A stretch of 64,000 bases of DNA from Curvularia clavata. Its lineage: Eukaryota. Under the pieces are notes generated by a model. That model had not been told where the DNA came from and did not search any database. It was given only the letters and a program-made list of their open reading frames with translations. Location: positions 1,426,001 to 1,490,000 of the forward strand of contig CP089281.1 in NCBI GenBank assembly GCA_023920165.1. Direction: 5' to 3'. Positions 25,143 to 35,921 of the stretch are shown piece by piece (within the stretch, counting starts at the first letter, position 1; each line of letters opens with the position of its first letter). Both the position numbers and the translations under genes were made by a program.

Positions 25143-27696
25143 ATGGCCGAGCGCGACACTTCACCCACGTCGACATCCTCGACACTGTCCAACATCACTG
25201 TACGAACCGACAAGCAGGCTGACAATCGCGCCATGTCTAGCGCGTCGCCATCCATCTCAACTCCGCCCACGAGCCTCGGCGACGAGGCCAGCGTCGCCTC
25301 CGAGATGCCCAAGATCGAACAAGTCATCGAAGTACATGAGGAGGTGTCCAGCATGGAAATACTTTCCGACATGACACCGTTGCCAGACAACCCTGGTACC
25401 GTAGAGGCCAGCAGCGAGAACCGCCGGCCCGCGAGAAGTTCGCGCAAGTCCGTTGCCACGTACAATGTGCAGATTCTCGCCGGAACCGCCATCCATACTC
25501 CGACAAAATATCTCGAGCGACATCACAAGACGGTTGTGCACGGTTCCCTGGACGAGATTATAAAGAATGAGCCGCTACCCCCAAAGCGAAAGTACACAAA
25601 GCGGAAGTCTGTAGCCGCGGATGGCAGCGACCTGGCTGAGAAGCAGTCAAGTTCCAAATACCTGAAGCGGAAGTCTGTAGCTGTAGATGGCAGCGACCAG
25701 GCCGAAGAGCAGCTGGCTTCCGAGACCTCGCTGGCAGCCCAGCGTCGCACTTCGTCCCGGGTGACAGATCTCCGTAAGGAGGTGCTTCGCAACATCTCCG
25801 GAGTCGGAGAGGCAATTACTAACACTCTGTCGGGAGGAAAAGCACTTCTTCCAGGAAACCTGCGGCGCATATCCTCAGCGCCTCAGCTGAAATCTCAAGC
25901 CCAATCTTCAGCGGGTTCGCTCAAGCGCTCACGTGCGACAGCCGAAGAGACCGACAGTGTCCAGGAAAGCGAACCGCAAGAGGTCAAGCCCAAAACGAAG
26001 GTCTGGCTGAAACAAGGTCTATATGTGGGCCAGGATCGCGACTTTGACCCCCGTCTGTCAGAAAGCCAAAATCGCGCAAAGAAGAGGGCCAGGAAGTCCA
26101 AGGACGCTAAGGGGACCAGCGCTCTACCCCTCCCCATCTTCGCTACCGAGCGCCTCCTCAATGAAGACCCTAGGCACGTGTTCCGCGACTTCAAACTGCC
26201 GTTCGATACATACCACCCCCTGCCCCGGAAAGTCAAGGTCGAGGGCTGGACCAAACTTAATAAAAGTAAGATTTTCGATATACCCTGACGACAAAGCTGA
26301 CAATCCGCAGACAGGTTCATTGGCGACGCATCGGCCCTATGGAAGCGCGACAAGCAGGATACTTCGCAGTGCTATTGCGATGTGGAGGACGGGTGCGGAG
26401 AATCCTGTCATAACCGCATCATGGCCTACGAGTGCGACAGCACCAATTGTCCATTGACCGAGGAGCAATGTAACAACCGACCTTTTGCACAGTTGAAGAA
26501 GCGTGCAAAGGGCAATGGCTATGACTACGGCGTCGAGGTTCTGAATACCGAGGATCGTGGCTACGGTGTGCGTGCAATGAGAACTTTTGAGCCGCATCAA
26601 ATCATTGTCGAGTACGCTGGAGAGATCATTACGCAATCTGAGTGCGAGCGACGCATGAAGCAAATTTACAAGAAAGACAAGGTAAATTTCTGGCGTTGTG
26701 GGTCGACTTGGATATACTAACATGCAGTAGTGCTACTATCTCATGAGCTTCGACAACAAGATGATAATTGACGCGACCCGCGGAACGATTGCTCGTTTCG
26801 TGAATCACTCGTGTGAGCCCAACTGCGAGATGATCAAGTGGACAGTCGGAGGTGAGCCTCGAATGGCTTTGTTTGCTGGATCTCGAGGAATCATGACTGG
26901 CGAAGAGCTGACTTATGACTACAACTTCGAGTGAGTTTTCTCTTTTTCCCTACTATAGGACGACTCTGACTCGCGCAGCCCCTTTTCACAAAAGAATATC
27001 CAAGAGTGTCGATGTGGAACTGAGTCTTGTCGTGGTGTACTCGGACCTAAACCCAAGAAACCCGTCGAGGAGAAATCCATCGCTTCAGCAATCATCACCG
27101 GCACCAAGCGCAAGCTCCAGGACCTGCTCGGCAAAAGACGAGCCGGTTCCGAGAGCGGCCAGAACTCGCCAAAGAAGCGCAAGCTTCTTGCAGGAAAAAT
27201 TGGCTCCATCAAGGCGAGGAACAAGTTGATTGCATCAGAGACAGCACGCCAGCGAGCGGAGCGAGAAGCCACTGAACTTTCACGACAAAACGCATCTCGC
27301 GAAGACCGCGCTCTCAAGAGGTCGGTACCCGCCAAGGGCAAAGCAGCCACCTCAAAGACAACCAAAACCACACGCCACACAACCGTTACGTTCCAACGCA
27401 AGGTCCCGCGACCCGGAGCCCTGAAAGCCATCAAAAAGCCATCCCGAACACAGCCCGATAAAAAGCGCAACGAAGCGAAGCCCAAAGGAAAGAAGGGACT
27501 GCGAGCAGCCCAGCGACCCAGCACCCCCGACCGAGAAACGACCGCTACCGCATCTGACTCTGAGGAAGAAGTCGGCTTGTCTGTCAATATCACGCCTGCC
27601 TCTCTCCGCAGCGCAACTAGGAAGTCTGCCCAGGCTAGCCCCCTGCAGCCGCAGTCTACCCAGAGTCGATCCCGCAACAGTGTACGAGCGAAGTGA
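25143..27696 (+). CDS. ASH1: AWS-SET-postSET histone methyltransferase, fungal ASH1-like (H3K36), 3 introns
   Basis: KVWLKQGLYVGQ, AWS CGESCHNRIMAYECDSTNC, SET RGYGVRA..IVEYAGEII and ARFVNHSCEPNC..GEELTYDYNF, post-SET CRCGTESCRGVLG. Confidence 0.88.
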
Positions 27697-28673
27697 ACAG
27701 ATCATGCTTTCCACGACTTCAACAACAACAAGTGAGAAAAAAAAGATGCATGTCGCTGTGTGTGTTTTTCCTAATTATCAGTATATTTGCTGAAGATGTC
27801 ATGGGTTTTTAAAAGAAAAGGAGTGGTGCGGGCGCGTGTATAGGATCGGTCTGTTTACACTTTTTTTTGAGCATGTGTTTATTTTCCTTCTCGTGTTGGG
27901 GGGCTTGTTATTTTTTTTTTACAGTTGGATGTTTTGAAGCATCTTTTTTGTGTGTTGGAAGGGGGTTTTTGTTTTATCTGAGGGAGATTTTTCTTGTCAT
28001 ATCTATTAGGGATGATTGATAAAATCTCAATTAGTTTCTCTTTCCTTCTTTTTAGGTTTCTCATATTAAGATTCTTATATAGCATGTAGGTAAGGGGATG
28101 AGATGGGAAATCGAAGTGTGGAAGGGAAACAGAGGTTTGTGACGGGTGGTATCGTGCTTCTGCTATTTTCTCGGAGGGAAGAGAGCAGTGTGAGGGGAAG
28201 GGGCATGGTCTTATTTTCTGTTGTTGGGCAGGGGATAGGGGCGGAGGTTATCATCTTTTCAACATGAAGTATGTATTTATTGGCTGAATGTAGCGCTTAG
28301 TTAGTCGTATTGCTTCAACGCTTATTCTAGAGGATCTCATGTTCTGACGAGGTCTGTTGGGTGTGGAGGTGCAGTAATGCCGAGGTAGAATGGCATCCTT
28401 AATCATATTCAAGGGTGCGTATGCGTGAGTATTGATCGGTGTTGTGATTCGTATTGGAGACTGCGCATGTATGAGTGTTGATGCGTCTTGTGATGTTTTT
28501 TTTCTGGCGTGTAAGATGACTTGTAGAATTTGTTCAGCATGATATCTATCTATTCAGAGACCGTCACTATAGTGTTCGTTGCATTGTGGATCAATTGATT
28601 GATGCCCTTGCTTTGTTCAGAATGAGCATGAAAAAACAATTTTCACTGTTGAAGAAGTTATTTTGCTTTGGGA

Positions 28674-29760
28674 TCAAACATCGTAATAACTAAAAACTGT
28701 CAATACCAGCATCGGCAAAGCAACAAGAAAGCTGCCAGCGCCAAATGTTATCTCCCAGCTGCCCCAGCAGAGTTTTCCTAGAACTACTGCGCAGATTAAG
28801 AGACCGAGGAAGACATAGAGACATTTGATCGGGTCCCAGGTTGTTTCGATATACAAGCCATCTAGCTGTAGATACCTCGTCTGCCCTCCCACTCCCGAGT
28901 GCTCCAAATCAATTTGTCTAACAGCGCTGATGTCAGCTGAACCTTATAATATTTTATCCCAGCATCTGAGACTTACCTATAGCGGTAGATGAAGCAGTGG
29001 TCATCGAAACCCTCAAGTATATTCTGATAGCGTGCACCCACTGGATTGCGGAAGTAGCAAGAAAGGAAAGACGCACTTTCGATCCAACGCAAGTATTCAA
29101 TGCAGTTCTCCCACTCCATATGCGGAGAGACTATACCATTAGAATTGATTAGCAAAGGGCCATCGTCATCGCAGTACTCGTCTCGTCGCTCAGAGTAGAT
29201 AGCGTGGTATCTAGCCAAGTCCAGCGGTTCAACAAACGCTGTGAACTTCTCTGCCGAGCGGCAAATCAACCGGAACTGCACCTTGACTTTAGTACAAAAC
29301 CAGGTACATGCCCCATGAGATTGTAGTGGCATACAGTGACAGGCTTGAGTTTACTGAATTTTCGAAACGAAAGCCAGGTTCGCCAGAAGCCAAGTTCTTT
29401 GGCATACTGTTTCGCCAACGAAGCGAACATTTCATCTTCATCTTCCAGACTGACAATGGGAACATCTGTCGCCCACGTAGTGGACCGCTCGGAGTTTTCG
29501 GAGCCCCATAGTAAGAATACACAGCTTGCACCGTCTTCCCTCTCAGCTCTATTCTGGAAGTAGGTTATTAAAGGATCTCCTAGTGTTTCCTTCGGCTTTG
29601 GAGTGATATCGTGGGAAGCTCGTGAGCGTCTTCGGCTTTTGGGATCTTTCAGGCCTTTATGGGGAGGGAGTTGGAAGCCGCTCGTTTCCACTGTGGTATT
29701 CTTCGAATTTTTGATGCGGGCGGACTGTGGTGGCGATGGTAGGTTTGCCAACGACGACAT
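28674..29760 (-). CDS. Hypothetical protein with two C-terminal TM helices; introns 29276-29334 and 28918-28976
   Basis: Three ORF pieces join in frame through canonical GT..AG introns (KLKPVT|FRLICR and IYRYR|QIDLEH). Hydrophobic C-terminus. Confidence 0.7.
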
Positions 29761-30987
29761 AACGCGTAAATTGGCCCGCCCAAGGCAAACGTACAGAATG
29801 GACGTTCCCTTCTGATTTTTGGGATGTCGAAAAGCACAGCGACATTTGCGAACAGATTGTTTAGGCAGCATTTTTCATCGGGGCCGCTACTTTCATGCGG
29901 GCGCAACGCATCCAAGTGGACGAATAAAATGTAGTTCAACTCCTACAATGTACGCAAGGCTGGAAGCACTGCCCGGTTGGGGCGGAGTAAGGCTGATATT
30001 GCCTTCCCACGCAGCGCATCAGTCACCTTATTTCCGTGCACCTCTATGAAACTTTGAATGACAATAATGCAACTGGTAAACGCTATCCCGTGCGGCGCGT
30101 CGTATCTGTAAAATGTATCAGACGGTGATCATACTAGACGTGGGGTTCGGAGTTCTCATGTGGGCGATAAGAGGTGTGAGAAACACGCTACCTGGAGCCT
30201 TTATTTTCATGGAATCGCTCAAATTTGATCATTGCATGAATTCTTCAACAAAACCGTGTAAACCCTACTTCCTGGATGCACTTTCTTAATACTCTTCAGC
30301 AGACTTGCAAAGCCAGCACTCAATCGATCACGTGACTCTACCATTATCTGTAACAACCAAGATCCCTATGCTTATTTTTCAAGTTCTTGCCTGACGTATA
30401 CTATTGTTTTGTCTTGAGCACCTGTTTATAGAAAGGATGCCGTTTCATACATAGCTACGCTATTTGACGATCTGGTCTATGTTGGTGCCTAGTATCGTGG
30501 ATGATAAGAACTTTATCGACATACACTCGATTCCGTGTAACTTAAGAGCATGCAGTATAGCATAGGACAATGGTTGTAAAGATTCATTGTTTGGCGAAAT
30601 CTGTTCCATCGCGTGCCCCAGTTAAGCCGGCAAAAGCGGTTCCAGCCTTGCAAGCGCTTCCTACCGCTGCAACCCCAGCGTCTCGACGCGCTGGACAAGG
30701 GGGCCCAGCGTATCGCCTCTAATCTTCGTTCCCTCTACGGGCAAATCTGTCTATCTGTTACTTACCCTGCTCATCACGTTTTGTGCGAAATCTTTCAAAA
30801 AAATTTCGCAGCCTCTCTTCACTCAAGCAGTTTTGCCTCGTTTGATTATCGCCTTTACCTTATACTGCCGTTGGATTTTGAGAATACTCCGCAATATCAC
30901 AAAGCTCATACTTTTCAAAGACTCCTATGTCTTCAACCTGAACAATCCTATACCAAACCAGGTAGTCACATCCTCGGCGGCGCCTCA

Positions 30988-32100
30988 ATGTCTATAGAAC
31001 GAATTGCTTACGGGGACTTCGGTGTCTCTTCTCAAAATACGAAAAGACCAGACCTCAACAGCTCTGCTGCGTCCACAGAGGACTCGTTGCTGTTTTCTCA
31101 GCAGAGGCGTAGCCTTGACGATTATACTGTCGGCTGGATCTGCGCCATCACCGCTGAGTACGTTGCGGCTCAAGCTTTCCTCGACGCAAGGCATGATACG
31201 CCAGAAATGACACCTCGAAACGACAACAATAGCTATACGCTGGGTAAGATCGGCCACCACGACGTAGTCATCGCTGCTCTACCGATAGGCGAGTATGGCG
31301 CTGCCTCTGCGGCGAGGGTAGCCACGGACATGCTCCGTACCTTTCCTAATGTTAGAATCGGGTTGATGGTAGGAACCGCAGGCGGCGCTCCGAATTCTAA
31401 GCACGACATTCGTCTAGGTGACGTTGTTGTCAGCGTACCTCATGGTGGGAAGGGCGGCGTGTTTCCGTACGACTTTGGCAAAATAATCCAGGGAAAAGAT
31501 TTCAAGGTTTCAGGACACATGGACAAACCTCCGATCACGTTAAGAAATGCAGTCATGAGTTTGCAGACGTCATACCAGCTGAATGGCCATCAGCTTGATG
31601 ATGCTATCAACGAAGTCCTGGAACAAAAACCGCGTTTAAAGCGGGAGTACAAACGACCGGATCCGAATACCGACAGTCTTTATCTGAGTAAAGTAACGCA
31701 TCCTGGCGGCGACGAATTGAGATGTACTGAAGTCTGTGGAGATAATCCTCTGGAGTTGGTCCCACGAAAACCAAGGACTCAAGACGACGACAATCCAACT
31801 ATTCACTATGGCAGAGTGGCTTCAGGGAATAAGCTGGTGAAGGACGCTTTTTTCCGTGACAAAATGGCTAAGGAAAACGGCATTCTATGCTTTGAGATGG
31901 AAGCAGCTGGATTAATGAACCACTTCCCGTGTCTAGTTATTCGAGGCATTTCTAACTACGCTGATACACACAAGAATGATGAATGGCAAGGATATGCATC
32001 CATGACGGCCGCCGCATATGCTAAAGACCTCTTATATCGCATTCCAGCCAACGATCTGAGAGCCGAGAGAAGTGTCAGTGACATCGTGTCTGCAGGTTAG
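30988..32100 (+). CDS. Nucleoside phosphorylase (PNP_UDP) domain of a fungal NLR-like gene, open reading frame
   Basis: DYTVGWICAI..EYVAAQAFLD, NSYTLGKIGHHDVVIA, IRLGDVVVS, IHYGRVASGN and LCFEMEAAGLMNHFPCLVIRGISNYADTHKNDEWQGYA. Confidence 0.88.
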   Translation: MSIERIAYGDFGVSSQNTKRPDLNSSAASTEDSLLFSQQRRSLDDYTVGWICAITAEYVAAQAFLDARHDTPEMTPRNDNNSYTLGKIGHHDVVIAALPIGEYGAASAARVATDMLRTFPNVRIGLMVGTAGGAPNSKHDIRLGDVVVSVPHGGKGGVFPYDFGKIIQGKDFKVSGHMDKPPITLRNAVMSLQTSYQLNGHQLDDAINEVLEQKPRLKREYKRPDPNTDSLYLSKVTHPGGDELRCTEVCGDNPLELVPRKPRTQDDDNPTIHYGRVASGNKLVKDAFFRDKMAKENGILCFEMEAAGLMNHFPCLVIRGISNYADTHKNDEWQGYASMTAAAYAKDLLYRIPANDLRAERSVSDIVSAG

Positions 32101-32141
32101 TCCCTTTTTCCGCGTTAAGTAATTTGGTTAACAAAAGTTAG

Positions 32142-33050
32142 TTGAGCGGAACATCAACAAGACACGACGCGATATGATAGACTCTTTGCTCGAGCAGCGA
32201 CAGGCAGAGTCTTATCTCTGGGTTCCAGCACCGGATCCATCAACAAGTTACAATAATGCACTGTAAAAGCGCCGCTAATACATGAGCTCTTGGCCTCTAA
32301 GAAGCGATCTATTTGTGACAGATAAATAGCCGGGAAACTACTTGTTAAGATTTTATGGGAATGCGAGATGCGGCAGGATCATTCTCATGTCATCCATTGC
32401 TAATCATCCTCGAAGACGTTTTCTTGAACACACATCCTGACTTTAATTCAACACCAAGAATTCTGGAAAGAATTCCGATAACATTTCTTTTTGGCTCTCT
32501 CATTAAACAGATTTACCCCGCATGTGAGATTACTGGTGTTATCGCATGATATCGTTTCGCTGCGTGAATTGGGTTACACGTAACCAAGTTGTGGATCGCT
32601 TCGTGTGTTTTTCATAATTTGAATGAGCGAGATAAGGAAGCATGAGTTTCTCAGGACGTAGTTGAAGGATACATTGGTTGTTAAGGATGCTGAACTAAGG
32701 GACTGCCGTAGAGTGTGCGAAATCACATGAAAGTGAATTGTAAACTTCGCTGTTCAGTCACGCACCAGCTAGAAGAAGACCTTCAAACGGACCTAGGTAG
32801 CTTTACTAGTGAGAAGAAAAACGTTTTTCCAGAGTAATTTCGCCAATGGCGAAACATTTTGCACAAATGGCCTATGCATCAGCTCAATCAGCAACAATAT
32901 GGCATCTCAAAGTCTAAGAAATGTCATGGCTATGATACCAAGCCCAAAAGTCAGCGAACAATCTATACATGCGTTCAAAGATTGTACAATGTGTATGACA
33001 GGATCGTCCAGTGGCATTTTGATACGTTTGAGACAGCATTCGCATGGGCG
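32142..33050 (+). pseudogene. Decayed NACHT NTPase exon of the PNP-NACHT NLR
   Basis: After intron 32096-32141 the frame reads WVPAPDPSTSYNNAL*KRR*YMSSWPLRSDLFVTDK*PGNYLLRFYGNARCGRIIL, with a broken Walker A at 32357-32386. SLIKQIY and LYNVYDRIVQ in other frames may be further remnants. The right limit is uncertain. Confidence 0.75.
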
Positions 33051-33535
33051 GAAACTAGGGGCGGTTTCTAAGATACCTGCCGTCTGTGCTGCATGATCAG
33101 AGGACCTAGAACAGAAATGAGGACAGTAGAAGACAATGTGGGCAAGTGCTTTTTGAAGTGTATTTCATTTTCAAATTTCTAAGCCGAGGGTATATATACG
33201 TTGGCCAATCAAATAAGGGCTCTCCCTCAAGTTTGATGCCAAAACAGGGTCCCTCTATGTAGGTTTTCTCATCTTAAGACAAGATATGCACATTCCTTTC
33301 CACCCACCGTGCCGGAAACACCGGCAAATGCACAACAGCAGCAGCAGTATCGAGTTCCCATGGAACTGATATAGAAGCGAAAGGAGAGAAAGAGTGGGTG
33401 TTATACAACATCCAAGAAGAAGAAGGAAAGAAAAAAGCGGTCGCAGACCTTTTGTTTGAAAAGAAGGGAAATGAGCGTAAGAAGGTAGACATCAAGTCAC
33501 TCCCAGATCGTGAAGTGTACGAGCGCCACAAGCGC

Positions 33536-34810
33536 TTAGTTCGCAACGCGGCGGTTGGACAAGCGGGGGCGAACAACACGGCCATGGTAAGCGCGCTTGG
33601 AGATGACACCATTGGAACACGTTGTTCCAGACGCAACTGCCTGCCAGACAACGTTGCCATTGTTGCAGATACCGAACTGGGTTGAGCCGTTGCAGACGAT
33701 GGCGCCGTTTTGGCTGCAGGTACCGGAACCACCGCCAGTAGAAGGAGTGGAAGGAGTTCCAGAGCCACCACCAGTAGAAGGAGCGGTAGGAGCAGCAGGA
33801 GAGCCAGTTCCAAGAGGAGGGGTAGGCCTGACTGGGGCTGTGGGTGTGGCGGTGACAGTAACGAGCGTGGTCGAGGTTGAGGGAAGGGCGGGAGCGCCGG
33901 TAGGTCCAGCAGGAGAGCCACTGGAAGCGCCAGGAGCGAAGACACCACCACCGTTGGAGGGTGCAGGTGCAGCAGAAGGCTTGCCACCAACAGCGGAAGT
34001 AGGAGCAACAGAAGGCTGGCCAGCGACGGGAGGAGTAGTGCCAGAAGGTGATGCGCCACCAGCAGGGGAAGAGGGGACAGCAGATGGGGCACCGCCAGCA
34101 GGAGAGGATGGAGCAGAGGATGGCGAGCCACCAGATGGCGAAGATGGGTCAGCAGGAGTAGAGCCAGTTGCACCGCAGCTACCAGTGGGGTCCTTCAAGT
34201 CATTGGTGCTGCCCTTCTGTACATCCTGACCTGGGTTGGGGAACTTCGTAGCAAAGTTCTGAGGCGAAGTGCAACCCTCGTTGATGTTGGCAACAAACAT
34301 GTCTGGAAGCTCGTTAAAAGCAGAATCGTCGCTAGCACCACCAGTGACTTCAATGGGAGCACAGTTCATGTACAGCTCAGGTGCTCCAGACATCTTGGAG
34401 AACCAGGTCCAAGCAAAAGTAGCCTTGCCGTTGGGCACACTCTTAGGAATTTCGAAGTTGTATTCGCTGGTTTGGCCATCAACACCAGGGCATCCGCCCT
34501 CGATGGACTTGATAACCTTGAACTTGGAGTTCGCAGTAGGCTCAGTGTCCATGGTGACACTCAGTTGGCAAGAGCCACCACCGTGAACTGCTGTGCCCTT
34601 GAACTTGATAGTTTGTTGCTCTCCTACAGCCATCTTGTTCATCTGAGAGACAGTAAACCCATTTTGTGACTTGCAAGGGAACTGGGATTGAGTGATAGGG
34701 CTGTTGTCGATCTTGTCGACACTGTATGGAACAGGCTGCTCCATGATGATGTGGGAGTTGGCGCTGGCGAAGAAAATGGCCGCAGCCATGAGAGTAGATC
34801 GGATAGACAT
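33536..34810 (-). CDS. AA11 lytic polysaccharide monooxygenase (chitin-active family) with Pro/Ser/Gly linker and C-terminal Cys-rich X278-like module
   Basis: Signal peptide then N-terminal His (ANS|HIIMEQPVPY). AVHGGGSCQLS, KVIKSIEGGCP, FAWTWF and ELYMNCAPI. Tail CSQNGAIVCNGSTQFGICNNGNVVWQAVASGTTC. Confidence 0.92.
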   Translation of the reverse strand: MSIRSTLMAAAIFFASANSHIIMEQPVPYSVDKIDNSPITQSQFPCKSQNGFTVSQMNKMAVGEQQTIKFKGTAVHGGGSCQLSVTMDTEPTANSKFKVIKSIEGGCPGVDGQTSEYNFEIPKSVPNGKATFAWTWFSKMSGAPELYMNCAPIEVTGGASDDSAFNELPDMFVANINEGCTSPQNFATKFPNPGQDVQKGSTNDLKDPTGSCGATGSTPADPSSPSGGSPSSAPSSPAGGAPSAVPSSPAGGASPSGTTPPVAGQPSVAPTSAVGGKPSAAPAPSNGGGVFAPGASSGSPAGPTGAPALPSTSTTLVTVTATPTAPVRPTPPLGTGSPAAPTAPSTGGGSGTPSTPSTGGGSGTCSQNGAIVCNGSTQFGICNNGNVVWQAVASGTTCSNGVISKRAYHGRVVRPRLSNRRVAN

Positions 34811-35921
34811 GATGCTGGTGGAAGTGATAATGTCGTACAACAACAGGATGGAGAATTCAAAGAATGCGTAGAGAATGTGAGTGATCTAGCCCAGCTAGTC
34901 GTCAAAGAAAATGCTGCACTGCAAAGAATGTAGAAACTGCTGAGAGAGTGTGTTGTGATGAGGGCATGTCCTACACGGTAGCTGTGGTCCTTTATACAGG
35001 TACCACAACCTATAGAGTGGGGATGCTATAGCCATAGTGTGCCGCCACTGCAACCTCCACGAAAACAACCCTTTCGACGATCCCTAATCAAACGACGCCT
35101 CTGGACACCAGCAGTGTAGAGCCAAAACGAACGACATGGGACGCCGATGCTCCACAGCGGCGAGCGTTTACGGGATGAAACAGGCGGCCTAGGTACGCTG
35201 AAGCTCTCAGCCAAAGAAACAACAGCAATCTCCAGAGCCAATGCAGGTACATTATGCGTTCGATGCCCAAGTGGAGAAATGACGAGTACGTGAGCTTGCA
35301 AATCCCCATGTCCCGAAGTAAGGGCCTTAAGGAAGGTTTCGTTTCCATCGCCCGCCCGGTCGATCATTGGCTGGGGACCAATCGCTTGGCAGGTCGGCAA
35401 GCGAGCCGGACCCCTGGACGTTTTATGCTATGTCGCACCTCCGGCCTTGCAATCCCTGTATCGAGTGGCCGATTGGGTGAGCCGCTTGCTACGTAGCCTA
35501 CACCGATGAGTTTTTGCTGCCATAGCTTGCTCCACAGCGCCTGTCCACGAGGCTTGTTTTTCGGGCGTTGGCGCAGGGCCTGTCACATTCGCTGTCGACG
35601 TGTGGACAAGACTGGCTGAGGTAGAGCGCCAAATGTCGATTGCCGAGTGGCAGCGAAGTAAAGTATGGTTCTGATTTGGAGCCGTCGACAACGCGTTGTT
35701 TCAAGACCCGTACTCATGTCTATCATATCGCGAGCACCGATATAGGGAATCTTCACCGAGGTTTTCCACTTTTCGAACCGCAGGAGGCTATCGGGAGCTG
35801 AATGTATCCGACCAAACGCTGCGCCTCTCCTATCTTCGGACATGCCCGACTTGGGTTGCTGTCGCAGGCTGCTGCGCCACAGCTGCATGAACAGCAGACT
35901 GTGGCGAATGTGGGTATTCTC

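Noticed and set aside
30613..30987. Upstream in-frame extension of the PNP ORF
   Set aside because: Non-ATG start and non-protein-like composition. The first ATG is at 30988.
33274..34229. Long alternative-frame and antisense ORFs over the AA11 gene (similar shadows over 47.5-50.8 kb and 57.7-58.6 kb)
   Set aside because: Shadow ORFs produced by low-complexity, codon-biased coding sequence.
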